The notes below the pieces were generated by a model. It saw only the letters and a list, made by a program, of their open reading frames with translations, did no database searches and was not told the DNA's origin. 64,000 bases of DNA. Origin: an uncultured Acidobacteriaceae bacterium. Its GTDB lineage: Bacteria; Acidobacteriota; Terriglobia; Terriglobales; Acidobacteriaceae. Shown piece by piece: positions 41,843 through 51,692 of this stretch. The translations under genes were made by a program, and so were the position numbers. Where the stretch lies: positions 51,006 through 115,005 of the forward strand of contig CAXTEE010000005.1 of NCBI GenBank assembly GCA_964243375.1, read 5' to 3'. Position 1 is the stretch's first letter. Every line of letters begins with the position of its first letter.

Positions 41843-42814
41843 ATGAGCAACGAAGAAGAGCCATCCAAAGTCTCGCTACCGCAGAAGGTACAGGAGGCAC
41901 TTAGGGCCAATGGAACAGCACCGAAGGTAAGCACGACTCACGGAGCGGATCTAATTGGCATCTTCAAGCAGGTAAATGTTCGCGAAGCATCGGCCTCACC
42001 ATTGGAAGACCGGTTCAGAACCAGTAATAAACAGGCGGGGACGGCCACGGATATTTTCTCAACAACAACACCGGAGTCTGTGGGTGTCGAGCCGGGATTT
42101 ACACAGATCTTCGACTCTCTTTCTGAAAGCAAAGTACTAGACCAGGATCGTCTCGCACCTTCTCCTCGGGCGCAGGATCCGTTACCGTCGTGGAGTGAGC
42201 TGACGTCTAGTAAATCGCGCCAGTCACCGCACTCAGATGGCGCAGGAGATTTTACAAAGCTTTTCGACCGGCTCGACACTCACGGGAAAGAAGATGCCGT
42301 CAGTTTACAGGCGAACTACCATGAAGTGCCGCCTCTACCGCCGGAACCTAAACCGGGCAGTGGGTTTACCCAGCTTCTGCGAACACTCTCCAGTGAGAAC
42401 GATTCACCTGCCGATACAGGACGCGAAAACGGTTCGATCACCGTGCAGCCTGCACCCGAAGCACCGGGGGAGTTCACTCGCATCCTTTCACGCTCCGCAC
42501 TGCGGGCATTAAGCCAACGTGGTACCCAGAATGACACACCTAAGCCTGACCGATCGGAACCAGAGGAACACATCCATTTGCCGCGGTCTCTGACGCACAA
42601 TTTGCCCATAAACACTAGCCCCTCCAACTTCGCAGGCTTGAGAGATCCACAGGTCTCAAGCGCTCCCGAGCCGCCATTCGCTAACGCAGGGGTGAACCTT
42701 CAGCGTGGCGGAAAGCTGCAGGAGTTTGTGCCTCTACTTTTGATCGCAAACCTCTTTGCCATGCTCGTTGTAATTCTTCTGGTCGCAATCGCACTCTTCA
42801 GCCATCACGGATGA
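41843..42814 (+). CDS. Low-complexity tail-anchored protein with repeated G-x-F-T-x-[IL]-[FL] motifs
   Basis: AGAGGA upstream; S/P/T-rich; PGFTQIF, GDFTKLF, SGFTQLL, GEFTRIL; C-terminal TM. Confidence 0.8.
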   Translation: MSNEEEPSKVSLPQKVQEALRANGTAPKVSTTHGADLIGIFKQVNVREASASPLEDRFRTSNKQAGTATDIFSTTTPESVGVEPGFTQIFDSLSESKVLDQDRLAPSPRAQDPLPSWSELTSSKSRQSPHSDGAGDFTKLFDRLDTHGKEDAVSLQANYHEVPPLPPEPKPGSGFTQLLRTLSSENDSPADTGRENGSITVQPAPEAPGEFTRILSRSALRALSQRGTQNDTPKPDRSEPEEHIHLPRSLTHNLPINTSPSNFAGLRDPQVSSAPEPPFANAGVNLQRGGKLQEFVPLLLIANLFAMLVVILLVAIALFSHHG

Positions 42815-42823
42815 AGCACCTTG

Positions 42824-44197
42824 CTAGCTCGAACCTCGCTGATCTGTCATAACAACAGGAAGAAGAATGAGTTCCATGCGCGGGTTTCGCAGTTCGTCGG
42901 GCACGTATACACCAAAATTGCGAGCCCTCTGAACGGTTTCCCAGGCGGCCCCGACGCGATCCAAACTGAAATATTGAAAATGTAGCTTAACCGGGATTTC
43001 TCTAGGAGGTGAGGCCACATGCGTCATGGGAATTCCAGGAAGTGCCTGGCGGATGAGAGTCTCAAGATGCGTAGCGGAGCAGGCTTTAACAAGTGCCGGC
43101 GTCCGCGTTACAAGTTCTGCAATGGGAACGTCGGCAGCAATTGCGAGATAAGCCCGCGCACCTAGAAGGTACTCATCGCGCTCTATCTCGGTCGTGTAGA
43201 CCGAATCGCGACTCTGGCGGAGTGGCAGAGCAAGAAACCTACTTGGAATCACCGTGTCAAGCAGGTGCAGGATTTGCGACTCGAGCTTGCAAAAGCTGCT
43301 GCCCTGTGTCTCGTGCTCGTAGCGCGGAAAATCCAATGGCCCGACAGTGTGCGAGAAGGTCGTGAGTGCACCAGCAAGCGCAAGCAGTTGCTTGTATAGG
43401 GATTCTGGATGGACGTGCGAAGCCTCAAGCAACCCGTGCAGGATGGGCAGATGTGAGTTGATTGTGTACAGCAGCCAGAAGCTGGCCACATCCGCCGCGC
43501 TAAAATCTGCCAGAGACTGGCTCCTCTGACGGCGACCTCCGGCAATCTGCGCACTTCGGGACACTAGCGTCTCCACCAGACCGCGCAGCGTCCTCAGGAG
43601 GCGGCTGCTTGCTCGAACGTTGAGCATAGGTCCGACAAAATCCTGATCGAGTGTGTAGCGGCCCGCATCCGTGCGCAAGACACGCGTGAGCGGGATGGTA
43701 ATGAGACCTTCAAGATTCTCATGCTCCGCGACAATTCTCAGGTTCTTGCGCGCGAGTGATACAGGCTTTTCCACACCTCCGCCGTTTTCATCGCGAAGCA
43801 TTCGAAGCTCTGCGTAGAATCGCGTGCTGAGACCACTACGCTGCTGAGCTACATGAATGCCACCGCGTCTGGCCTCTGGAATTGCCAAAAAGAACGTACA
43901 AGCGTTCATCCCACCGCTCATACATTCATCCAAGGACCGCGAAGGCGGCGCCTCGTCAGCTGTCGCAGTATCAAACGGAAGTCCGTCTGGGAACAGACCG
44001 GACACTTCAGCCAGTTGAAGCTGCCCTTCGATGATGGAGGCATTCTCTATCTGGAGCGAAGCATATCCCCAAAAGCGAAATGACAGGGCCTCCATATTAA
44101 AGCGCAAAGACTCTTCGAAGTACCTATCTTGCGCCTGGAGGTGTTGGGGAGAGAGAAAAACACCTTTGGACCAGATAACCGGTTGTAGCTGCCTCAT
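42824..44197 (-). CDS. tssK: T6SS baseplate TssK, copy 2
   Basis: GAGGA RBS, MRQLQPVIWSKGVFLSPQHLQ; LIRQALPGI. Confidence 0.93.
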   Translation of the reverse strand: MRQLQPVIWSKGVFLSPQHLQAQDRYFEESLRFNMEALSFRFWGYASLQIENASIIEGQLQLAEVSGLFPDGLPFDTATADEAPPSRSLDECMSGGMNACTFFLAIPEARRGGIHVAQQRSGLSTRFYAELRMLRDENGGGVEKPVSLARKNLRIVAEHENLEGLITIPLTRVLRTDAGRYTLDQDFVGPMLNVRASSRLLRTLRGLVETLVSRSAQIAGGRRQRSQSLADFSAADVASFWLLYTINSHLPILHGLLEASHVHPESLYKQLLALAGALTTFSHTVGPLDFPRYEHETQGSSFCKLESQILHLLDTVIPSRFLALPLRQSRDSVYTTEIERDEYLLGARAYLAIAADVPIAELVTRTPALVKACSATHLETLIRQALPGIPMTHVASPPREIPVKLHFQYFSLDRVGAAWETVQRARNFGVYVPDELRNPRMELILLPVVMTDQRGSS

Positions 44198-44297
44198 AGT
44201 TTCCTCGATGTTCAACCGACCAACCATCTAGACCGTCGGTCCTCTGCGACTGCAAGCAGCTCACTTACTTAGATACGCAAGCAAATTGATCCACACG

Positions 44298-44328
44298 GGA
44301 ATAGACACTCGCCACCCGTGTTTATTCC
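44298..44328. promoter_or_regulatory. Overlapping divergent ECF-type promoter motifs (GGAATAGAC-N13-GTTTATTCC)
   Basis: Plus strand GGAAT(44298)-N17-GTTTA toward tssB; minus strand GGAAT(44328)-N17-GTCTA toward tssK2. Confidence 0.65.
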
Positions 44329-44417
44329 AGCAGAGCAAAGTAGGACTGCCCGAGCCGATCGAGGCAGGGTCGTTCAACTCGTTACATTTTATAGTTCCCG
44401 GAGTGATAGGAGCAGAC

Positions 44418-44930
44418 ATGACTAGAGAAAGTACACAACGCAAGTTGAGCCGGGTCCGTCCACCGCGCGTGCAAATCACCTACGACGTGGAAGTCGGCGA
44501 TGCTATTGAGTTGAAGGAACTGCCATTCGTAATGGGAATTCTCGCAGATCTCACCGGACAACCAGAGCAGCCACTTGCGCCGCTTAAGGAGCGAAAGTTC
44601 ACCGAAATAACCCCGGACAATTTTGACGCCGTCCTCAGCAGTCTAGACCCTCGTCTCGCCTTTTCCGCCGAGAATGTCCTCAGCAACGATCCGACCAAGG
44701 GGCAGCTGCACGTGGACTTGCATTTTGAATCCATGGACGACTTTTCCCCCGAGCGCGTAGCTGCACGGATTGAGCCTTTGCGGCAGTTGCTCGAACTTCG
44801 CACCAAGCTCTCCGATTTGCAGGGTAGCTTGCAAGGCAATGACAAGCTCGATGAAGCACTGTTCGCTGCTGTGACCAACACAGAGCTCCGCGAGAAGCTT
44901 CGCTCCGAACTGAACACCCCGGGAGAATAG
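44418..44930 (+). CDS. tssB: T6SS sheath small subunit TssB
   Basis: STQRKLSRVRPPRVQITYDVE, ELPFVMGILAD, DFSPERVA. Confidence 0.96.
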   Translation: MTRESTQRKLSRVRPPRVQITYDVEVGDAIELKELPFVMGILADLTGQPEQPLAPLKERKFTEITPDNFDAVLSSLDPRLAFSAENVLSNDPTKGQLHVDLHFESMDDFSPERVAARIEPLRQLLELRTKLSDLQGSLQGNDKLDEALFAAVTNTELREKLRSELNTPGE

Positions 44931-44932
44931 TG

Positions 44933-46429
44933 ATGGCAAACCAGAACGCAGCTGTAGACACAATGATTGTGGAATCACACCTCTCCAACGCCAAGACGCC
45001 GTTGCTCGATCAGATAGTGACCGAGGGCCGCTTCAACCGGGATGACTCCGCAGCCGAGCGCGGACGCGATCTTGTCAAAGAGTTCGTGGCTCAAGTCCTG
45101 GAAGGCCGCATGACGTTGACCCGGGACGCTGAGTCTTCCATTCAGACGCGCCTCGCCCAAATTGATCAGCTCATCTCCAAGCAGTTGAACAAGGTTTTGC
45201 ACCATCCAGCCTTTCAGAAATTGGAGGGTACGTGGCGCGGGATACGTTATCTCCTAGACCAGAGCGAGACCGGCGTGATGCTGAAACTGAAGATTCTTAA
45301 TACCTCGAAGCGTGAATTACTGCGCGACCTACAGCGTGCTTCGGAGTTTGACCAGAGCGCGTTATTCAAGAAGGTCTATGAGGAAGAGTTCGGAGTGTTC
45401 GGCGGCGCGCCCTTCGCAGCAATAATTGGAGACTACGAGATCGGCCGCGGTCCAGAAGACATCGATTTTTTGACCCGTGTGGCGCAGGTTGCAGCTTCGG
45501 CGCATGCGCCATTCCTGACTGCCGCTGCGCCTGAACTCTTGAACCTTTCAGACTTCACGCAGCTGGGCTCACCGCGCGACATTGCAAAGATCTTCGATTC
45601 AACCGAGTACGCCAAGTGGAAGTCCTTTCGGCAATCCGAGGATTCCCGTTACGTCGGTCTCACCCTGCCGCGTACTCTGGCACGCCTGCCCTACGGCAAA
45701 GAAACCACTCAGATAGACGGCTTTGACTACGAAGAAGATGTTGATGGCTCGGACCACTCAAAATATTTGTGGAGCAACGCGGCGTACGCTCTCGGTGCTC
45801 GACTTACGAGTGCGTTTGCTGAATATGGCTGGCTGGCCGCGATCCGTGGCGTAGAAGGTGGCGGTCTGGTCGAAGACCTTCCGGCGCATAACTTCTCGAC
45901 CGATGAAGGAGATGTCGCACTCAAATGTCCGACGGAAGTGCAGATCACCGATCGTCGCGAAAAGGAGCTGGCCGATCAGGGATTTGTGCCGCTCGTTCAT
46001 TGCAAAGGAACGGATTATGCCGCATTCTTCAGCGTGCAATCCGCAAACAGGCCCAAGCTCTACGATAAGGATGCTGCAAACGCCAATGCACGTCTTTCAG
46101 CACAGTTGCCATACATTCTCGCCATGTCACGCTTCGCGCACTACTTGAAGGCAATGATGCGGGACAAGATCGGTAGCTTTACTAGCAGGGAAGAGTGTCA
46201 GGTCTTCCTCAATCGCTGGATCAGTCAGTACGTGCTTGCGGATGACTCTGCGTCGCAAGCCGCAAAGGCGAAGTTACCTCTTCGCGAAGCCTCGATTGAG
46301 GTCTCTGATGTATCTGGAAAGCCCGGAGCTTACCGCGCAGTCGCTTTCCTGAAGCCACACTTTCAACTCGATGAACTCACCATCTCTCTACGCCTCGTTG
46401 CTGACCTGCCGGAATCGGCCCGCAACTAA
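44933..46429 (+). CDS. tssC: T6SS sheath large subunit TssC
   Basis: LHHPAFQKLEGTWRG, KKVYEEEFG, ITDRREKEL, PHFQLDEL. Confidence 0.97.
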   Translation: MANQNAAVDTMIVESHLSNAKTPLLDQIVTEGRFNRDDSAAERGRDLVKEFVAQVLEGRMTLTRDAESSIQTRLAQIDQLISKQLNKVLHHPAFQKLEGTWRGIRYLLDQSETGVMLKLKILNTSKRELLRDLQRASEFDQSALFKKVYEEEFGVFGGAPFAAIIGDYEIGRGPEDIDFLTRVAQVAASAHAPFLTAAAPELLNLSDFTQLGSPRDIAKIFDSTEYAKWKSFRQSEDSRYVGLTLPRTLARLPYGKETTQIDGFDYEEDVDGSDHSKYLWSNAAYALGARLTSAFAEYGWLAAIRGVEGGGLVEDLPAHNFSTDEGDVALKCPTEVQITDRREKELADQGFVPLVHCKGTDYAAFFSVQSANRPKLYDKDAANANARLSAQLPYILAMSRFAHYLKAMMRDKIGSFTSREECQVFLNRWISQYVLADDSASQAAKAKLPLREASIEVSDVSGKPGAYRAVAFLKPHFQLDELTISLRLVADLPESARN

Positions 46430-46470
46430 GGCAAACAGTGACTAACCACGACGAATAGGAGCGGAACTGC

Positions 46471-46956
46471 ATGAGTGATCAAGGCGTAGATTATTTTCTC
46501 AAGCTGGACGGCGCGCAGGGCGAATCGCAACACACAAACCACACCAATGAAATACGAGTGCTCAGCTGGAGTTATGGAGGCAACTCGGAGAGTACAGTTG
46601 GCCGAACCCAGGGTTCTGGGGCCGGAAAGGTTACGATGCTGCCTATCAGCATCGTAGCCGAGCTCGATTCGTCGTACACGAAGCTGTCGGGCTTTCTAAC
46701 ACAGGGCAAGCACATTCAGAGTGGTACGTTAACCGCAGTCAAGCAGGGTTCTGGCAATCAGGACTTCGTAACCATCAAGCTAAGTGAGATCTTCATCGCC
46801 TCTATGCATATAGCCGCGTCTGGACAAGTGCCGGTCGTCAATATGGAGCTCACGTACAAGTCCATTAATACGCAATATAAGATGCAGAATTCCCAGGGCA
46901 ATCTGACTACCGCGGGCGCACACACCTACGATGCGTCAACCAATCTGACTTCGTAA
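46471..46956 (+). CDS. hcp: T6SS tube protein Hcp (TssD)
   Basis: DYFLKLDGAQGESQ..EIRVLSWSYG; 161 aa. Confidence 0.95.
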   Translation: MSDQGVDYFLKLDGAQGESQHTNHTNEIRVLSWSYGGNSESTVGRTQGSGAGKVTMLPISIVAELDSSYTKLSGFLTQGKHIQSGTLTAVKQGSGNQDFVTIKLSEIFIASMHIAASGQVPVVNMELTYKSINTQYKMQNSQGNLTTAGAHTYDASTNLTS

Positions 46957-47645
46957 TGAAGAGCATCCTGGAACTCTATCGCGAAGGCGATCTGCGAGCT
47001 GCTCTTCAGGAGACCGGAGAGCAGCTGCGCACGCGGCCAAGTGATTTGAAGCTGCGAGCTTTCCTTTTTGAACTGCTCAGTTTCGCTGGAGAATGGGAGC
47101 GAGCCGAGAAACAGCTAAAAGTGTTAGCTGCACAGAGTTCCTCCGCCGCGTCGGGAGCTGTTCTGCTCCAAGGACTGCTTCAGGCACACCGAACGCGCGA
47201 ACAGGTCTTTGAGGAGAGGCGCGCAGCGGCACCCGCGAACAACTGCTTTCAGCCAATGGTCGTCAATCGGATTCACTTCGAGCGCTGCGCAGATGAAGAT
47301 GATCGGATTTGTGGCCTAGAGATCTATGCGTCGCGGGGTTATGAGATTGTTCCCTGGCTGGAGGTGCAACAATTACAGACCGGAAAGCCGGCGACGCTGC
47401 GTGACCTGCTGTGGCTTCCTGCACGTCTTCTTCGCCGGAACGAGACTGAAGTCCAATCAGTCTATCTGCCCTCTCTTGCACCCGGAAGCTGGAAGCATAC
47501 AAACGACTCTGTGCGTCTCGGACGGACTAGCGTGATGGAGGGGTTGGAGGAGCATGATCTGGTGCCGTTTGGAGTGAAGTACCTGTTGTGCGATGGAGAG
47601 GCCATTTCGTGGCTCGACCTGCGCAATCTTGAAGTAAACCTCTGA
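46956..47645 (+). CDS. tagJ: T6SS accessory TagJ/ImpE
   Basis: LRAFLFELLSFAGEWERA, LRDLLWLPA, VRLGRTS. Confidence 0.88.
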   Translation: MKSILELYREGDLRAALQETGEQLRTRPSDLKLRAFLFELLSFAGEWERAEKQLKVLAAQSSSAASGAVLLQGLLQAHRTREQVFEERRAAAPANNCFQPMVVNRIHFERCADEDDRICGLEIYASRGYEIVPWLEVQQLQTGKPATLRDLLWLPARLLRRNETEVQSVYLPSLAPGSWKHTNDSVRLGRTSVMEGLEEHDLVPFGVKYLLCDGEAISWLDLRNLEVNL

Positions 47646-47656
47646 GGGAGTCTGTC

Positions 47657-49375
47657 GTGCTAGCCATAGAAGATCTGCTGCAACCGATCGATCTGACGGA
47701 TACATCCGGCAGGAACCTTCGCTACGATCCGTTGATTGATCGCATTCGCAACGCCCGCTCGGAAGAAGATTCCTCTCTCCCCATGGGGGAGTGGGAGCAC
47801 CAGGCCAAGCGCGCCGACTATCCTCTTGTTGCATCCTTGGCCGAAAGCGCTCTTCAAACACGCAGTAAAGATCTTTGGCTTGCGGTCTGGCTCGCAGAAG
47901 CCTATCTACAGATGGAGCGGTACGATGCTCTCGTGCGGGTTATCGAGTTGCTCCTGGCTTTGCAACAAGATTTCTGGCCCTCTCTGTATCCGGAGATCGA
48001 AGATGGCGATCTGTCATTGCGCGTGGCACCCCTACAGTGGGCTCTGAGCCGTTACTCCACGCTGCTTCAGCAGTTCCCATTTACTGCAGATGGCGTCCCT
48101 TACGTCTCCTACAAAGACACTCGCTCCGGTGCAACAGTCGCTTTTGGTGAAGAAGTTCTCACGGCTGAACAGATTGACAGCTCCATCGCCGCGACTCCCG
48201 ATTCGTTCTACACCGGGATCGAAGATCGGCTTACCTCAACCCTCACCGTACTTCGGGAGCTGCATCTGTTTTGCGAAGAGCACTACCTGGATGAGGGACC
48301 TTCTTTCGTACAGATACGGTCGACATTGGAGGAGTTGCACCATGCATCCAGCCAAATCTCTCGTAATAGGCGAAGTGTAAGTTCAAAGCCGGAAATAACT
48401 GGCTCTCAGTGGTTGCTGTCTCCCGAACATAATGCTGAACCCGCCCTGGATCAACTGCGGGTCGCAGCGTTTCACCCCGAGGAGCAAGTAGCCTTAACTT
48501 CTTGGGCATCAGCATTGCAGCAGCTCCAGCAATGTGCCGACTACATGATCGAAGAGAGGCCGGACAATCCGACCTGCTACCTCCTTGCGATCGCTTTGCA
48601 ATATGGGCGAGACAAGACGAAGGAGATATCTCCTTCGTCGGAGCTGCGCCTGGAACTCAGGAGGGCGCGGGATGCGGGTGAGCCTACGATCTTTCTGCAG
48701 AAAGCGCTTCATGCAATGACCCAAGGAGGCAGTCATGCTTGGATCGACCTGCTGCATTACGTGTGGCAGGCGGCCGTTGCGCTGAACGCATCGTCGCTGC
48801 AAACCTCTGTGCTCTTTCAGACTCGAGCGCTGCTGCAGCAGAAAGCCGGCATGGGGGAGGCAGCATTCGAAGACGACACACCTGTAGCAAGTAGTGAGAC
48901 CCAGCGCTGGTTAGCGGAACAGATCTTTCCCCATGCAAATGCTCCGGTCACAATGGGGCAGCCAATTGCTCCAGTTGAGCCTTGGCTGTTGGAGAACTCA
49001 GACTTGGGATCGCAGGCACGGCTGCTAGCCGAAGAAGGAAACATCGCGAAAGCTGCACATCTTCTTACAGAAGATGCGTCGGTCTTGCGAAGCGGTCGCG
49101 CTTCCTTCTTAGGACGCCTCGATGTGACGCGGCTCTGCGTGCAGAACGGCCATGTCGCAATCGCAACCCACATGCTGCGCCAGTTGCTAGCAGAAGTTGA
49201 TGAACGAAAGCTCGAACAATGGGAGGATCCGGCAGTTCTGGGCGAGCTCCTCTCTCTCTTTGTGGAGGTTCTCGCACATGGCTCTCAAGCCGATCAGGGC
49301 GAACGAAACGCCATTTACGCTCGGCTCTGCCAAGTCAACCCTGCCATGGCGCTGAGCCAGGCCATGACGGGCTAG
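47657..49375 (+). CDS. tssA: T6SS TssA (ImpA_N with long C-terminal region)
   Basis: GRNLRYDP..ADY..RSKDLWLA..FWPSLYP. Confidence 0.9.
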   Translation: MLAIEDLLQPIDLTDTSGRNLRYDPLIDRIRNARSEEDSSLPMGEWEHQAKRADYPLVASLAESALQTRSKDLWLAVWLAEAYLQMERYDALVRVIELLLALQQDFWPSLYPEIEDGDLSLRVAPLQWALSRYSTLLQQFPFTADGVPYVSYKDTRSGATVAFGEEVLTAEQIDSSIAATPDSFYTGIEDRLTSTLTVLRELHLFCEEHYLDEGPSFVQIRSTLEELHHASSQISRNRRSVSSKPEITGSQWLLSPEHNAEPALDQLRVAAFHPEEQVALTSWASALQQLQQCADYMIEERPDNPTCYLLAIALQYGRDKTKEISPSSELRLELRRARDAGEPTIFLQKALHAMTQGGSHAWIDLLHYVWQAAVALNASSLQTSVLFQTRALLQQKAGMGEAAFEDDTPVASSETQRWLAEQIFPHANAPVTMGQPIAPVEPWLLENSDLGSQARLLAEEGNIAKAAHLLTEDASVLRSGRASFLGRLDVTRLCVQNGHVAIATHMLRQLLAEVDERKLEQWEDPAVLGELLSLFVEVLAHGSQADQGERNAIYARLCQVNPAMALSQAMTG

Positions 49376-49383
49376 GGGAACAC

Positions 49384-49845
49384 ATGCCTCGTTCCCGGGA
49401 AACGATCTTCGCACAGTCCTTGATGGAGCGTCTGCGTGAGCAAGAAACTTGGCCAGTCACGCAAGCTGCGTCTGTGCGCATGCTAAAAGAATCCATCCGA
49501 CGCGATCTCGAAACGCTCCTTAACACGCGCCGCGTGTCACCTCGTGAGCTCGAGGGCTATATCGAAGCAGGTAGTTCGGTTCTGAACTATGGCCTCGAAG
49601 ATCTAAGCACGCTTCGGGCGACGCCGAACGGATATCTGCGGGAGATGCAGCGTTCCGTGCAGCATTGTCTTTCCAGCTTCGAGCCGCGACTTACGAACGT
49701 AACAGTAAGTCTCCAAAATGGGGACCTGCTACACCGCGAGATCCGCTTGCATATCGAGGCGACCCTTCCTCTCTACCCGAGCGTCGAAAGCGTGTCGTTC
49801 GACACCGTCTTTGATCTCACCAGCGAAACGTACTCCGTAGGCTAG
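49384..49845 (+). CDS. tssE: T6SS baseplate TssE
   Basis: IRRDLETLLNTRR, SVLNYGL, FEPRL; start MPRSRE at 49384. Confidence 0.93.
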   Translation: MPRSRETIFAQSLMERLREQETWPVTQAASVRMLKESIRRDLETLLNTRRVSPRELEGYIEAGSSVLNYGLEDLSTLRATPNGYLREMQRSVQHCLSSFEPRLTNVTVSLQNGDLLHREIRLHIEATLPLYPSVESVSFDTVFDLTSETYSVG

Positions 49846-49847
49846 CG

Positions 49848-51692
49848 ATGCGACAGCAACTTCTGGAATATTACGAACGCGAACTCGGCTATATGCGGCA
49901 GATGGGAGCCGAGTTCGGAAAGAAGTACCCGGCGGTGGCCGGTCGCCTTCTCCTCGAATCTGATCGTTGTTCGGATCCCCATGTCGAGCGATTGCTGGAG
50001 TCCTTCGCATTCCTGGCCGCGCGCATTCACCTCCGGCTCGACGACGATCTCCCCGAACTCACGCAAAGCATTCTGGATCTTGTCTATCCCGACTACCTAC
50101 GCCCTATCCCTTCAATGTCGATCGCTGAGTTCGCGCCGGGTGAGATGCGCGCTGAGGGAGGCAGCGCATTGAGCATACCTGCCGGAAGCGAGCTCACCGC
50201 GAAGCGGACAAAGGATGGCGTTGCATGTAAATTTCGTACCGGCTACCCGGTCGCCCTATGGCCGGTTGACCTGAAGGAGTGCGAGTGGAAACGTCCGGAA
50301 CAAATCACCAATCCTTTACGCGTCAGCGAAGCCTGTGCCGTTCTACGACTGGTTCTCAAGTGTGGACGCGACCTCTCGTTCGGAAAAATCGGTATAGACC
50401 GGCTCACCTTCTATCTTGCAGGGGAGGCCAGTGTCACGCTACCGCTTTATGAATTTCTCTCCCGCGATCTACTGCAGGTTCTTGTCCGCGATCCGCTTCG
50501 AAAGCAAGCGTCAGCGGTACCGCTTGCTTCAACCAAGCTGCGGCCCATGGGCTTTGCTCCCGAGGAGAGCCTCCTTCCCTACTCGCAGCGCTCGTTCCAG
50601 GGGTACCATCTGCTCCAGGAATACTTCTGCTTTCAGGAGAAGTTCCTCTTCTTTCAACTCGAAGGGCTGCAGGCTGCGGCTGAAGCTGCAAACATCTCCG
50701 GAGAGATGGAGCTTCTCTTCTACGTGTCGCAGTTCGAACAAACGGAACGCATGCAGACGCTTGAGCTAGGTGTTTCGACTGACACCCTTCGCCTGAACTG
50801 CACGCCCATTATCAACCTGTTTCAGACCACTGCAGAACCGGTTCTGGTCTCGCAGACGCGTCATGAGTACCCCGTAACTGTGAACGCGCGTAGTCGTGCG
50901 AGCGCTGAAATTTTCTCCATTGACTCGGTACTCGCGACCAATCCCTCCAGGCGCACCTCTGTCACGCTGCCACCACTCTTCGAGCGTCGTTTTTTGGTAG
51001 CTCCTGCACAATCCTCAGCGTTCTGGCGAGCAACCCGTAAGTATTCGCAGCTGGACAAAGGCCGCCCCAGCGACGTCTATCTTTCCGTCGTTGATGTGCA
51101 GGGGGCAATGGTTGAGCCAAACGCCGAGATTCTCACGGTGGGCTGCACCTGCACTAACCATGAACTCGCTTCAAAGCTCCCGTTCGGCGATGCCGACGGC
51201 GACTTCTATCTAGACGGCGGCTCTGGCGTGGGAAAGATTCAGGTTCTGCATCGCCCCACACCAACCTATCCCGCACCCGCTGGAGGTGAACAGGTGTGGA
51301 GTCTGATCTCACAACTATCTCTGAACCACCTGTCCGTTGGGGAAACTGGCCTTCCTGCACTGCGCGAGATCCTGCGCCTCCACAACTTCACCGCAGCTGC
51401 CCATCTGAATAAGCAGATCGACGGGCTTCTTTCCATGCAGGCTAGGAAGCATGTCGCGATTATGCAGAGTGAATTCGGAAGTGTCGCTGCGAGAGGCATG
51501 CTCGTCGATATGGAACTTGACGAGTCACATTTTCCAGGTGGCGGCGCATACCTATTTGGCGCCGTGCTCGATCAATTTCTTGGCCTATACGTCTCAATGA
51601 ACAGCTTTTCGCAGCTGAGAGTTCGCACCCCTGCGAGAAAGGAGGCATTAGGCTCATGGCAACCGAGAGCAGGCAGCCAAGCGCTGCTATAG
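49848..51692 (+). CDS. tssF: T6SS baseplate TssF
   Basis: LLEYYERELGY, DPHVERLLESFAFL, LNCTPIINLF. Confidence 0.96.
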   Translation: MRQQLLEYYERELGYMRQMGAEFGKKYPAVAGRLLLESDRCSDPHVERLLESFAFLAARIHLRLDDDLPELTQSILDLVYPDYLRPIPSMSIAEFAPGEMRAEGGSALSIPAGSELTAKRTKDGVACKFRTGYPVALWPVDLKECEWKRPEQITNPLRVSEACAVLRLVLKCGRDLSFGKIGIDRLTFYLAGEASVTLPLYEFLSRDLLQVLVRDPLRKQASAVPLASTKLRPMGFAPEESLLPYSQRSFQGYHLLQEYFCFQEKFLFFQLEGLQAAAEAANISGEMELLFYVSQFEQTERMQTLELGVSTDTLRLNCTPIINLFQTTAEPVLVSQTRHEYPVTVNARSRASAEIFSIDSVLATNPSRRTSVTLPPLFERRFLVAPAQSSAFWRATRKYSQLDKGRPSDVYLSVVDVQGAMVEPNAEILTVGCTCTNHELASKLPFGDADGDFYLDGGSGVGKIQVLHRPTPTYPAPAGGEQVWSLISQLSLNHLSVGETGLPALREILRLHNFTAAAHLNKQIDGLLSMQARKHVAIMQSEFGSVAARGMLVDMELDESHFPGGGAYLFGAVLDQFLGLYVSMNSFSQLRVRTPARKEALGSWQPRAGSQALL

